From IMG/VR virus record IMGVR_UViG_3300042549_000809, positions 1 to 63,342 of that record: a stretch of 63,342 nucleotides of DNA. One strand, given 5' to 3'. The position numbers and the translations under genes are program-made. The notes beneath the pieces are model-generated. The model had not been told where the DNA came from, did no database searches, and was given only the letters and a program-made list of their open reading frames with translations. Below, one piece after another: positions 8,275 to 17,878 of the stretch (positions within the stretch are counted from its first letter, which is position 1; the number at the start of each line of letters is the position of its first letter). This DNA is from a virus (Duplodnaviria; Caudoviricetes).

Positions 8275-9195
8275 ATGAGTTACGGACTTAGCGGTAGGGG
8301 GATTACAAAGCTACGCAACTATGAGCAAGCATTGGAGTGGTACAACAATACGCCGCCGATCAAGGGCAGCGGGGTCAACGCAGGTATCCGCCCGCTTGGG
8401 GATCGGAACAAACCAACGATGCAGCTTGTTAAGGGGGAACACGACGAAGGGGAGTTCAACGAGATCAAGTGCCGCCTGTATCGCACCGATGTGATTATAT
8501 TTTATCCTAATGGGTCGATCGTCATCGATGTACGTGGGCATCATACGCTTACTACTGCGACGTTTATCTCCCATGTGTTGCACGAGCGATGCCGTAAGGA
8601 AGATAGGCGACTCATCATGGACATAGGGCACGCACAGTATTCATTAGAGAGGCCGCTTCAGTTACGCCATACGCCCGAAGGTAGGCTTGTACCCGTCAAT
8701 GTTAAGAGTAGCTACGTGCATAAGATTAACCGCAAGGCAATGAACGCAGTGCGTAAAGAGGTAGCGGAGTTCAAGAAGTTCTACACGGATATGCTACTGA
8801 TACGCGAGAATATATTAAGTGATGAGGAGAACAGAGAACATATCCTGAATAAGTACAATGCCTTATCGACCGTCTCATGGATTGAAAGCGTAGAGACAAT
8901 GCGGGATAGGTTAGATACGTTTATGGAAATGATTAAGGGGGAGAACAAGGGGAACTGGTATTTGCCCGCTTTGTGGCTCGCCTTTTCCGGCCCGACCGAA
9001 AGATACTACACCGAGGGTGAACGCGGGGTTAAGATTAAACCTTCTACGCTACGTTTCTTTGATGAGCTACTCATGGCTGCGCACCCACATGTACTTGATA
9101 AGGTAGAAGTTCCCGCAGGAACATTATTAGTAGATCGGTATCGTGAGTTAATACCGTTTATACAACACGCAAATAATTTTAAGTTGGGCACTTGA
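8275..9195 (+). CDS. Hypothetical protein (306 aa)
   Basis: Long ORF with SD. Confidence 0.8.
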   Translation: MSYGLSGRGITKLRNYEQALEWYNNTPPIKGSGVNAGIRPLGDRNKPTMQLVKGEHDEGEFNEIKCRLYRTDVIIFYPNGSIVIDVRGHHTLTTATFISHVLHERCRKEDRRLIMDIGHAQYSLERPLQLRHTPEGRLVPVNVKSSYVHKINRKAMNAVRKEVAEFKKFYTDMLLIRENILSDEENREHILNKYNALSTVSWIESVETMRDRLDTFMEMIKGENKGNWYLPALWLAFSGPTERYYTEGERGVKIKPSTLRFFDELLMAAHPHVLDKVEVPAGTLLVDRYRELIPFIQHANNFKLGT

Positions 9196-9220
9196 CTGTG
9201 TTAACTTCGCGTGATAACTT
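9192..9220 (+). promoter_or_regulatory. Sigma70-type promoter
   Basis: TTGACT-17-TAACTT with TG extension; AAGGAGG SD downstream. Confidence 0.55.
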
Positions 9221-9250
9221 TGTAGGGTACGACTCTCAACTAAGGAGGTA

Positions 9251-9439
9251 ATGATGAACGACATGTATGTATATACCCCATCGACAACTGACATCACAAT
9301 TCGCTGGAAGACGTTGTACGGTTGGGTTCCCCCATCGCAAGACCCGAAGTATCAGAAGACATGGGCGGACTTCCGTCGCAGTCTCGTTGCAGGTATCGAA
9401 TCATTCCCTAAATATAAAGCTAAGGTGGTGCAATCATGA
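9251..9439 (+). CDS. Hypothetical protein
   Basis: AAGGAGG SD. Confidence 0.7.
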   Translation: MMNDMYVYTPSTTDITIRWKTLYGWVPPSQDPKYQKTWADFRRSLVAGIESFPKYKAKVVQS

Positions 9440-9630
9440 CTGAAAAAGAATTAAAAGCGCGTAAGTTTTTTGACGAGCCAATGAGTTTACTCCCCGATGA
9501 GTACAAGAGTTACGTAGTGCCATACAGTCCTACTACGCAGTTTATGATGTTCAAGAAACGTAGCGACAAGCTGATGCAGAACGTACGCCAACATCCTGAA
9601 CCGATATCGAAGGCTAAGGTGGGCGCATGA
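9436..9630 (+). CDS. Hypothetical protein
   Basis: ATGA coupling. Confidence 0.6.
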   Translation: MTEKELKARKFFDEPMSLLPDEYKSYVVPYSPTTQFMMFKKRSDKLMQNVRQHPEPISKAKVGA

Positions 9631-9833
9631 GGGACGCGGTGTACATCGTAGGGATAGTTGTCGGCATCGTGTTGGCGTTGAATGTAGGTAAGGCAGAGGG
9701 CATAAAGATCGGTCTTGCTACTGCCGCAGCCGCATCAACAGCGCCGATTAACCTAGAGAATCAATGTGTCGCATGGTTCTTTAATGCCGACTTGAAAGCA
9801 GCTAAAAAACATATGTGTGGGAGTAAGCGATGA
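9627..9833 (+). CDS. Small membrane protein
   Basis: N-terminal hydrophobic helix; ATGA coupling. Confidence 0.6.
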   Translation: MRDAVYIVGIVVGIVLALNVGKAEGIKIGLATAAAASTAPINLENQCVAWFFNADLKAAKKHMCGSKR

Positions 9834-10009
9834 ATGGTGAAGAACTACGGGATGTGTTTGCAATCCAAGCACTGAACGGAATGATTGCAAGTGGTAGCTG
9901 GTTGACAGGGCGTAAGTGGAAGACAGTAGAGGAGATGACTGCGGACTACTCGAAGGAAGCATATAACTTCGCTGATGCCATGTTGAAAGCACGAAATGAG
10001 ACATCGTGA
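9830..10009 (+). CDS. Small phage protein, LRD.FA..A..G...AY..ADAML.AR type (59 aa, not in ORF track)
   Basis: Translated by eye: MNGEELRDVFAIQALNG...AYNFADAMLKARNETS. Confidence 0.7.
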   Translation: MNGEELRDVFAIQALNGMIASGSWLTGRKWKTVEEMTADYSKEAYNFADAMLKARNETS

Positions 10010-10220
10010 CCCAGTATTTCAAGCGAAGGTAGATCACAGTAGGCGGCAAGCGATGCGCATCATTGCGGAGATACGTAGCGGTAAGGTCAATGAAGAAGAC
10101 ATCGACATGCTGCAAAACTTTGTGCAGTTCTCACTAGCCTTAATGCAAGCGGAAGGACCTAAGAAGTGGGAGCTAGCGAAGATGAATGCAGAGCTAATGA
10201 ACTATATGAAGGGGGAGTAA
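9996..10220 (+). CDS. Hypothetical protein
   Basis: Overlapping start in operon. Confidence 0.6.
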   Translation: MRHRDPVFQAKVDHSRRQAMRIIAEIRSGKVNEEDIDMLQNFVQFSLALMQAEGPKKWELAKMNAELMNYMKGE

Positions 10221-10222
10221 GT

Positions 10223-10684
10223 ATGCCGAGCAAAAAAGAAATGCTGAACATGAATGATCCTGAAAAGATTATGGATAAGGACTTAGAAAAGAAGCGCGTT
10301 AATTTGATGACTGAGTTTAATGTATCGCGTGATGAGTTTACTAAGTGGTACGTAGCAACAGTAAGCCCCGTAGTTGAGTGGACTAACCCCGTGACCGCAT
10401 GGATGTTCGCAGCGTGGGTGCATGGTAGCGGTGTAGAGGAGTGGATAACCGAGGAGGAGAAAGCAAGACGGGAAGCTAGACGCGCAGCTATAGCAGCTAA
10501 GAAAGCCGAACGGGAAGCGAAGGAAGCAGCAGCGAAGGAAGTAAGAGAAGCGGCAGCACGTGCAGCGAAGGAAGCAAAGGAAGCGAAGATAGCAGCAGAC
10601 GCAGCGGCGAGGGCCGCAACTACGGCAAAGAGAGCAGCGATGAAAAAAGAACGGAGGTCTGTAAATGAACAAGTTAATTCTTAG
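10223..10684 (+). CDS. Hypothetical protein with Ala/Lys/Arg/Glu coiled-coil tail
   Basis: GGGGAG SD before ATG 10223. Confidence 0.65.
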   Translation: MPSKKEMLNMNDPEKIMDKDLEKKRVNLMTEFNVSRDEFTKWYVATVSPVVEWTNPVTAWMFAAWVHGSGVEEWITEEEKARREARRAAIAAKKAEREAKEAAAKEVREAAARAAKEAKEAKIAADAAARAATTAKRAAMKKERRSVNEQVNS

Positions 10685-10943
10685 CTTACTGCTAGCGTGT
10701 GGAGTAGTTAACGCAGAGGAGTACTGGACAACACCAACACAGCAGGGCGGCGAGATCGTACTGACAAAAGCTACCTCAGAAAATTGTGGGGACTCACTAC
10801 TCGTTATGTACGTAATAACAGCAGATCAGCGCGTTGCCTACGGGTGCTGGGCGTTACTTAACGGTAAGGTGCATGTGCGATACGACGACGGTGACCGCAT
10901 GGCCTACGACTTAAAAAATTGGACGAAGAAAGGCACGCCATGA
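10665..10943 (+). CDS. Exported protein or possible lipoprotein
   Basis: Signal peptide MNKLILSLLLAC with lipobox-like LLAC. Confidence 0.65.
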   Translation: MNKLILSLLLACGVVNAEEYWTTPTQQGGEIVLTKATSENCGDSLLVMYVITADQRVAYGCWALLNGKVHVRYDDGDRMAYDLKNWTKKGTP

Positions 10944-11173
10944 AAGACGCGCAAGGTCGGTGGATGGTACAGAAGCCACACGTATTGTTTGACCACATCC
11001 GAGAGATGTACAACCTGAAGACCGACGCACAGCTAGCGCACATGCTAGGTTCCAGAACGCCGCTGATTAGTAGGGTGCGTAACCGCGCTATGCGTATTAC
11101 TCCTGCGCTGATACTCGCTGTGCATAAGCAGACCAAGATGCCGGTCGAGAAGATCGAGGAGATGGCACGATGA
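10940..11173 (+). CDS. HTH DNA-binding protein (Cro/XRE-like)
   Basis: TDAQLAHMLGSRTPLISRVR helix-turn-helix pattern. Confidence 0.65.
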   Translation: MKDAQGRWMVQKPHVLFDHIREMYNLKTDAQLAHMLGSRTPLISRVRNRAMRITPALILAVHKQTKMPVEKIEEMAR

Positions 11174-11373
11174 CACGTGATGAAGTTATCCGCTTGGCTC
11201 AGGATGCTGGCCTTTACGATAAGGATGGACGGGACGATAACTCAATAATAATTGTTCAGTATATTGAACACTTTGCCGAGTTAGTAGCAGCAGCGGAGCG
11301 CGAACGAATTTCCAAGATGTTGACTGACGAGGGCTGGCTGATGGCCGCGAAACTAGCGGAGGTGAAGGAATGA
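11170..11373 (+). CDS. Small modular phage protein (MTRDEVIRLA...)
   Basis: ATGA coupling; FAELVAAAERE. Confidence 0.7.
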   Translation: MTRDEVIRLAQDAGLYDKDGRDDNSIIIVQYIEHFAELVAAAERERISKMLTDEGWLMAAKLAEVKE

Positions 11374-11744
11374 CACGAGATGACATTATCCGCTTGGCCC
11401 TTATGGGGGAGCGAAGCATGAAGCAACGGATCGAGTGGGCAGTAGACATGGAGCGCGAAGAATGTGCGAAGTTGTGTGAAGAAATTAGCGATGATGAATA
11501 TTATCTTGGACGGCAATATGCGGACATGCTACGCGCAAGGGGGCGTGCGGATCACGAAGCCGAGTTTATAAAAGATTGGAACGAAGGCAAAGTGCGGCGC
11601 GTGTCTGACGGTAAACGAATGGTTCCAGAGCGCGAATGGCAGGGGCTGACGGATGATGAGATAAAAGACATACTGGATTGCGGTAGACCTAATTTAGTCA
11701 ACATTAAAAAAGCAGAGCAAAAGCTAAAGGAGAAGAACACATGA
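11370..11744 (+). CDS. Small modular phage protein (MTRDDIIRLA...WQGLTDDEI...KLKEKN)
   Basis: Shares termini with neighbours. Confidence 0.7.
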   Translation: MTRDDIIRLALMGERSMKQRIEWAVDMEREECAKLCEEISDDEYYLGRQYADMLRARGRADHEAEFIKDWNEGKVRRVSDGKRMVPEREWQGLTDDEIKDILDCGRPNLVNIKKAEQKLKEKNT

Positions 11745-12046
11745 AGCGCCGTAAGCAAATCGGCAAACTTATATACACGCCAAGATGGGATCAGGGTGAT
11801 GTTGAGTTAGGCGAAGACTACGATGGTTTGGGTAGGGAAGAGAAACTTGAGGTGCTTGCTCATTGGATAGGTAGGTTGCTTTCTATTAGAAATGAAATGA
11901 TTCCAAACCCAAAAAGTTGGCATCATTTTATGGACAAAAAGAAATGGTTTGGGTTGACGGATGAGGAGCTATCTAATTTAGAATCAGCCAAACATAAAGA
12001 AGGTGCAATGTGGGCAGCAGCTAAGTTAAAGGAGAAGAATGGATAA
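11741..12046 (+). CDS. Small modular phage protein (...WFGLTDEEL...KLKEKN)
   Basis: Shares C-terminal module with previous gene. Confidence 0.65.
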   Translation: MKRRKQIGKLIYTPRWDQGDVELGEDYDGLGREEKLEVLAHWIGRLLSIRNEMIPNPKSWHHFMDKKKWFGLTDEELSNLESAKHKEGAMWAAAKLKEKNG

Positions 12047-12278
12047 GTTTGAACAAGCCACAACCGACCAGCTTTACTTCCGCGACCCAGATATTGAGCC
12101 GCCGCCAAAAGGTAAGAGTATGTTGTTGTTAAATCCCGGAGGCGTATGCGTTATCGGTATTTGGTCTGATAGTTGTATTGGTTGGTGCCCAAAACCAAAG
12201 ATACCTAAAGCGTTAAAGGATAAGAATTACTGTAGTACCCATAACCACAAGGAGAATAGCAATGAAGAAACTAAGTAA
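12039..12278 (+). CDS. Hypothetical protein (possibly DUF551-like)
   Basis: AAGGAG SD; PP.G..LL...G.W....W.P.P pattern. Confidence 0.55.
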   Translation: MDKFEQATTDQLYFRDPDIEPPPKGKSMLLLNPGGVCVIGIWSDSCIGWCPKPKIPKALKDKNYCSTHNHKENSNEETK

Positions 12279-12825
12279 GTCAGCAAAGATTCGCAAGTAT
12301 TTGACCGAGCACCCTACGGCTACCCCAGCCGCTGTAGCACAGAAACTAAATACAACGGTAGGGAACGTGTACGTACAGCGTTCGATGCTGAGGAAGCAAG
12401 AGAAGCCGAAGGTAGTAAGACTAACCGCATCGCAGGTAAAGCTTGGAGCCAAGATGGGGATAACCCCGCTGCAATATGCTGAAGCTTTAGTAAAGATGGA
12501 TGAGGTCAAGGTGCCTAAGAAGGACATGAAGCTAGCCTACACCGCTACATCGAACACAAGCATCAAGGAAGCGCTGGACCCACGTATGCCGATATTCAAA
12601 CTTGCTGACCCAATCAATCAGCCTACACACTACACACACGGCGGCATCGAGGTCATCGACTTCATCGAGGCTAAGTCCTTGGGCTATCACCTTGGTAACG
12701 TCGTGAAGTACATCAGTCGTGCGGGGCTTAAGGGTACGGACAAAGGCAGAGAGGACCTGCTGAAAGCCCAGTGGTACTTGAACCGTGCTATTGAACAGAA
12801 CGAACCACTTAAAGCGACGAGGTAA
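12262..12825 (+). CDS. N-terminal HTH-like region + C-terminal DUF3310 domain protein
   Basis: DPINQPTHYTHGGIEVIDFI...GNVVKYISRAG.K..EDL.KA.WYL signature. Confidence 0.75.
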   Translation: MKKLSKSAKIRKYLTEHPTATPAAVAQKLNTTVGNVYVQRSMLRKQEKPKVVRLTASQVKLGAKMGITPLQYAEALVKMDEVKVPKKDMKLAYTATSNTSIKEALDPRMPIFKLADPINQPTHYTHGGIEVIDFIEAKSLGYHLGNVVKYISRAGLKGTDKGREDLLKAQWYLNRAIEQNEPLKATR

Positions 12826-12827
12826 TT

Positions 12828-13130
12828 ATGGCGGGCACACCTGAATCAAAAGTTAAATCCGCAGTAGTAAAGCTGCTAGTTAAGTATGGCGTCTACTACT
12901 TCTTTGTTCCTGCTAACGGCTATGGCCGTGCGGGTGTGCCCGACATTGTTTGCTGTGCGGACGGTAAGTTTCTAGCCATCGAGTGCAAGGCTGGTGCAGG
13001 TAAGACAACGGCATTACAGGACAGAGAGATCGAGAAGATTCAATCCGCTAAGGGGCACGCCATCGTAGCTAGAGAAACAAACCTAGACATGGTGGAGTTA
13101 CTGATACAGGAGCTAATAAGACATGAGTGA
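12828..13130 (+). CDS. VRR-NUC nuclease (putative Holliday junction resolvase)
   Basis: PE..V, G.PD, IECK, T.LQ PD-(D/E)xK pattern. Confidence 0.8.
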   Translation: MAGTPESKVKSAVVKLLVKYGVYYFFVPANGYGRAGVPDIVCCADGKFLAIECKAGAGKTTALQDREIEKIQSAKGHAIVARETNLDMVELLIQELIRHE

Positions 13131-13491
13131 TGAAAAGGTAAGTGAAGGCGTTGCGCTGTTGCTGCGTCGTATGGAGACTAACCCCGAGGAGTTCTCCGAG
13201 TCGCCGCTTAGAGGGGGCAAATGGTCGCACATAATAAACGCGGTAGAAGCAAGAATTAACGGGCATCAAGCAGAGTCGTGGATGTCGGACTACGAGGTGC
13301 AGATACTATGGGAGACGTACTGTAGGGTGAAGCAGGATGAGTTTCACGGGGTTGTAATGCGCAAGATGCTGGTGGGGGATGAGCCGCCGATATTTGCTTC
13401 ACGCCCCGGTTCTATTCGTTACCTTGACTATCCCATTGAACCGGAATACAGCATCAAAGATAAACTTAAAGCCGCGCTAGGACTGAAATGA
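13123..13491 (+). CDS. Hypothetical protein
   Basis: Coupled ORF. Confidence 0.7.
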   Translation: MSDEKVSEGVALLLRRMETNPEEFSESPLRGGKWSHIINAVEARINGHQAESWMSDYEVQILWETYCRVKQDEFHGVVMRKMLVGDEPPIFASRPGSIRYLDYPIEPEYSIKDKLKAALGLK

Positions 13492-15311
13492 AAATAATTG
13501 CATTGGACTTTGAGACTTACTACGACAGGGATTTTAGCTTGTCCAAGATGACCACGGAAGAGTACATCCGTGACGAGCGTTTCGAAACGATTGGTGTTGG
13601 TATCAAGGAGGAGGGGCAAGATGCTAGGTGGCACTCTGGGACGTATAAACAAACGAAGGCTTTTCTTGATTCACTGGAGCTACACAAGCATCTGGTACTG
13701 GCGCATAACGCTATTTTTGATGCCGCTATTCTTAATTGGCACTTTGATATACGTCCTGCTGGGTGGCTTGATACGCTTAGTATGGCACGTGCCTTACACA
13801 CTATTGAAGTGGGAGGCAGCTTGGCTGCACTCGCTACGTACTACAACATCGGAGAAAAAGGAAGCGAAGTGGTAGCTGCGTTGGGTAAGAAGCGCACTGA
13901 CTTCACCGCCGCCGACTTAGCCCAGTACGGTGAGTACTGCAAGAACGACGCGGACTTAACGCTTAAGCTGTTCCACATATTCTCGCAGGACTTCGACAAG
14001 TCCGAGTTGAAGCTGATCGACTTGACCATACGGATGTTCAGCGAGCCGGTACTAGAGTTGAACAAACTTGTGCTGGAAGTACACCTGAAGGCGGTCAAGG
14101 AGACTAAGGAGCATCTAATGAACAAGATGCTGATTGAGAAGGACGACCTGATGAGCAACCCCCGCCTAGCCGGAGTGCTGGAGAGTCTGGGTGTGGTGCC
14201 CCCGCGCAAGATCAGTCTTACTACAGGTAAGGAGACGTACGCCTTTGCCAAGAACGACGAGGAGTTTAAGGCTTTGCTCGAACACCCAGATGGCATTGTC
14301 CAAGCTATTGTGGCTGCGCGGTTAGGTGTTAAGTCTACGCTGGACGAAACCCGTACCGCCCGCTTCATTGGGATCGCCGCCCGAGGGACAATGCCAGTTC
14401 CCCTACGCTATTACGCTGCTCACACCGGACGGTGGGGTGGTGACGACAAGGTAAACCTTCAAAACCTTCCTCGGGGTAGCGCCATCAAGGCAGCTATCCT
14501 TGCCCCCGATGGGCAGATGATGATCGACTCAGACTCATCGCAGATCGAAGCGCGGACGCTGGCGTGGCTGGCTGAGCAGGAAGACTTGGTGACTGCGTTT
14601 GAGAACGGCGAGGATGTGTACAAGAAGATGGCCTCGGCGATCTACGGTAAGGCAGAGGAAGACATTACTAAAGATGAACGGTTCGTTGGTAAAACAACAA
14701 TCCTCGGGGCGGGCTATGGCATGGGTGCGGCTAAGTTCCAAGCCCAGCTTAAGACGTTCAAGGTGGAGATGCCTCTGGAGGAGACACAGCGCATTATTAC
14801 CGTGTACCGAGACAAGTATCCACAGATCACGAAGCTTTGGCGTCAGGCTGGGGACGCGTTGAAGGCCATGATGCAAGGCCAGACTGCCCCGCTAGGTAGG
14901 GACGGCGTGCTGCACGTCGAGGGTAAGAAGGGTATCCGGTTGCCGAACGGGATGTATATACGCTATCCGAACCTGCGCATGGTAACAAATGATGACGGAA
15001 AAGCCGAGATGGTGTACGATACAAAGAGGGGCAAAACAACTGTACCCAATAGGATATACGGCGGGAAGGTTGTGGAGAACGTGTGCCAAGCCCTTGCACG
15101 GATCATCATAGGCAAGCAGATGTTGCAGATTGCTAGGAAGTACAAGGTTGTTATGACGGTACACGATGCGGTTGCTTGCGTAGTACCAGAAGCAGATGTG
15201 CATATCGCGCAGGAGTACGTCGAGATGTGTATGCGTACCCGCCCCGATTGGGGCATGGAGTTACCACTTAATTGTGAATCAGGACATGGAAGAAGTTATG
15301 GCGAGTGTTAA
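13488..15311 (+). CDS. polA: Family A DNA polymerase with 3'-5' exonuclease
   Basis: ExoI DFET, ExoII HNAIFD, TGRW, motif A DSSQIEAR, motif B KTTILGAGYG, motif C VHD. Confidence 0.92.
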   Translation: MKIIALDFETYYDRDFSLSKMTTEEYIRDERFETIGVGIKEEGQDARWHSGTYKQTKAFLDSLELHKHLVLAHNAIFDAAILNWHFDIRPAGWLDTLSMARALHTIEVGGSLAALATYYNIGEKGSEVVAALGKKRTDFTAADLAQYGEYCKNDADLTLKLFHIFSQDFDKSELKLIDLTIRMFSEPVLELNKLVLEVHLKAVKETKEHLMNKMLIEKDDLMSNPRLAGVLESLGVVPPRKISLTTGKETYAFAKNDEEFKALLEHPDGIVQAIVAARLGVKSTLDETRTARFIGIAARGTMPVPLRYYAAHTGRWGGDDKVNLQNLPRGSAIKAAILAPDGQMMIDSDSSQIEARTLAWLAEQEDLVTAFENGEDVYKKMASAIYGKAEEDITKDERFVGKTTILGAGYGMGAAKFQAQLKTFKVEMPLEETQRIITVYRDKYPQITKLWRQAGDALKAMMQGQTAPLGRDGVLHVEGKKGIRLPNGMYIRYPNLRMVTNDDGKAEMVYDTKRGKTTVPNRIYGGKVVENVCQALARIIIGKQMLQIARKYKVVMTVHDAVACVVPEADVHIAQEYVEMCMRTRPDWGMELPLNCESGHGRSYGEC

Positions 15312-15975
15312 TTTGGCGTGGTCTTACAGCAGCATCAAAACCTTCGATCAATGCCCGAAGAAGTACTACCATTTAAAAATCGCAAAGGATGTGAAAGATG
15401 GAGATACTACCGCAACGGTTTACGGCAAGGAGCTACACACGGCGGCTGAAAACTACATTAGAGACGGCACGCCCATCCCGCCAAAGTTTAGTTTTATCGC
15501 GCCCACACTTGAAGCTCTCAACCGTATTGATGGCGAAAAGTATTGTGAACTCAAACTGGGAGTGGCGAAACGCGAAGGGAAGTACAGTCCGTGCGATTTC
15601 TTTGCGAAAGACGTATGGTGGCGAGGTATTGCCGACTTGGTCATTGTTAACGGAGATACAGCATATCTGGTGGATTACAAAACAAGCAAAAATGCTAAGT
15701 ACGCAGACACCAAGCAGCTAGACTTATTAGCAGGGGCGTTATTCCTAAAGTTCCCCGAGGTGGTGTATATCAAATCGGCGCTGATCTTTGTGGTTAGCAA
15801 TGAGATGATAAAGAAAGAACACGAAGTACTATTTAAGATGGCATACATGAGTACGATGCACCCCGAGTTAACGCGACTCGAAGCAGCAATGAAAAACAAT
15901 GTATGGAACCCAGTGTCAGGACCTCTGTGCAAGTTCTGCCCTGTTACCGAATGTGCACATAATAGGAGAGGCTAA
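15298..15975 (+). CDS. Cas4/RecB-like PD-(D/E)xK exonuclease
   Basis: SYS...CP, G..LH, GIAD, DYKT, QL..., C..CP...C. Confidence 0.85.
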   Translation: MASVNLAWSYSSIKTFDQCPKKYYHLKIAKDVKDGDTTATVYGKELHTAAENYIRDGTPIPPKFSFIAPTLEALNRIDGEKYCELKLGVAKREGKYSPCDFFAKDVWWRGIADLVIVNGDTAYLVDYKTSKNAKYADTKQLDLLAGALFLKFPEVVYIKSALIFVVSNEMIKKEHEVLFKMAYMSTMHPELTRLEAAMKNNVWNPVSGPLCKFCPVTECAHNRRG

Positions 15976-16253
15976 TGCCCTACGTAAACAAACCAAGGCC
16001 GTACAAGAAAGAGTACGAGCAACAGCAAGAACGCGGTGAACTGCCAACACGTATGGATAGGCAGCGTGCCCGTAACGAGATGGACAAGAAAGGTATTGAC
16101 CGCAAGGGCAAGGACATCGACCACGTCGTGCCTCTTAGCAAGGGTGGTACCAATGCACCTAGTAACCTGAAACTAAAGAAGCCTAGCGAGAACCGTTCGT
16201 TCAGTCGCAACGCAGACCACACGGTGAAGAAGAACAAGCCAAAGGCTAAGTAA
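15975..16253 (+). CDS. Small HNH endonuclease
   Basis: DIDHVVPLSKGG.N..SNL....NR. Confidence 0.8.
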   Translation: MPYVNKPRPYKKEYEQQQERGELPTRMDRQRARNEMDKKGIDRKGKDIDHVVPLSKGGTNAPSNLKLKKPSENRSFSRNADHTVKKNKPKAK

Positions 16254-17815
16254 TGCAAATCGTAGACAATAAGATTCTAGTGGTTCGCACACGACGGCCA
16301 CATCTTGTTACCGACAAGATTAAGAAGAGCAAGGTTGTGAAGGAGTTAGGTGATGGACTGCATGACGTTGCGGTGTTCTGGGGGCTAGACGAGGCACAAG
16401 AGTTAGCTAAGCTACGCATCAAGAACGTACCGTCTACGATCACGCGGGACTATGACTGGCCGGGGCTGTTCAAGCCGTTCGCACATCAGCGAGACACGGC
16501 GTCGTTTCTGACGTTGCGGAAGCGTGCGTTCTGTTTCAACGAGCAAGGCACAGGTAAGACAGCAGCAGTTATCTGGGCAGCAGACTACCTCATGAAGCTA
16601 GGTCTTATTCGTCGTGTGCTTATCATCTGCCCACTGTCGATCATGAAGTCCGCGTGGCAGAACGACCTGTTCCGTTTTGCAGTACACCGTAGCTGCGACA
16701 TTGCTTATGGTAAGCGTGAAGTACGCAAGGCAATCATAGAGGGCGACGCTGAGTTCGTTATCATTAACTTTGACGGGCTTGGCATCGTACGTGATGCGAT
16801 AAAAGAAAACGGTGAGTTCGACTTGATCGTTGCCGACGAAGCGTCAGCGTATAAGAATATGCAAACTGATCGGTGGAAAGCATTGCGTGATGTGATGACC
16901 CCACAGACTTGGTTGTGGATGCTGACAGGCACACCCGCTGCGCAGTCCCCCGTTGATGCGTACGGCTTAGCTAAACTGATTAACCCTGACGGCATACCAA
17001 AGTTCTTTGGACAGTTCCGCGACAAGGTAATGGAGAAGGTTGGGCAGTTCCGCTGGGTACCTAGAATCAACGCTGAGACTACGGTGCATAACGCACTACA
17101 GCCAGCGATACGCTTTGAGAAGGCGCAGTGCCTTGACCTGCCAGCAGTGACGCACATCGAACGTGAAGTGCCGTTGACCCCGCAGCAGGTTAAGTACTAC
17201 AACATCTTAAAGCAGATGATGATTATGCAAGCAGGTGGCGAGGAGGTTACGTCTGTTAACGCAGCCGTTAAGCTTAACAAGCTATTGCAAATCTCTGGCG
17301 GCGCTGTGTATTCAGACTCTAAAGAAGTTGTGGAGTTCGATGTCAGCAATCGCTTGAACGTAGTGCAAGAAGTTATCGAGGAGTCGAGCCACAAGGTGCT
17401 GGTGTTCGTGCCGTTTACGCACACTATCTCGCTGCTACAGAAACACTTGGAGAAGGCAGGTATCAAGACTGACGTTATCAGCGGGCAGGTTCCAGTTAAC
17501 CGGCGCAACGATATTATCCAACGCTTTCAAAGTCAGCTTGACCCGAAGGTACTTATCATTCAACCACAAGCAGCATCGCATGGACTTACGCTTACCGCAG
17601 CAGACACAATCATATGGTACGCACCTGTGACTAGTGTTGAGACTTACCTGCAAGCTAATGCACGTATCGACAGGCCGGGGCAGAAGAACGTCATGACCAT
17701 CGTACACATCAGCGGTAGTGAAGTAGAACGTAGGCTGTACAAGATGCTGCGCGGCAATATTGCTAACCACAATCGCATCATTGAATTATACAAACAAGAA
17801 ATCTCAACAAAGTAG
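16253..17815 (+). CDS. SNF2-family helicase
   Basis: QGTGKT, DEAS, LTGTP, HGLTL, QANARIDRPGQ. Confidence 0.9.
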   Translation: MQIVDNKILVVRTRRPHLVTDKIKKSKVVKELGDGLHDVAVFWGLDEAQELAKLRIKNVPSTITRDYDWPGLFKPFAHQRDTASFLTLRKRAFCFNEQGTGKTAAVIWAADYLMKLGLIRRVLIICPLSIMKSAWQNDLFRFAVHRSCDIAYGKREVRKAIIEGDAEFVIINFDGLGIVRDAIKENGEFDLIVADEASAYKNMQTDRWKALRDVMTPQTWLWMLTGTPAAQSPVDAYGLAKLINPDGIPKFFGQFRDKVMEKVGQFRWVPRINAETTVHNALQPAIRFEKAQCLDLPAVTHIEREVPLTPQQVKYYNILKQMMIMQAGGEEVTSVNAAVKLNKLLQISGGAVYSDSKEVVEFDVSNRLNVVQEVIEESSHKVLVFVPFTHTISLLQKHLEKAGIKTDVISGQVPVNRRNDIIQRFQSQLDPKVLIIQPQAASHGLTLTAADTIIWYAPVTSVETYLQANARIDRPGQKNVMTIVHISGSEVERRLYKMLRGNIANHNRIIELYKQEISTK

Positions 17816-17843
17816 TTGACATTGTCAAGAGACGGGGTATACT
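17816..17843 (+). promoter_or_regulatory. Sigma70 promoter with palindrome over -35
   Basis: TTGACA-16-TATACT; TTGACA-T-TGTCAA palindrome at 17816..17828. Confidence 0.7.
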
Positions 17844-17878
17844 GGGTACTTAGGAGAAGTTAATTAAAGGAGAGAATA

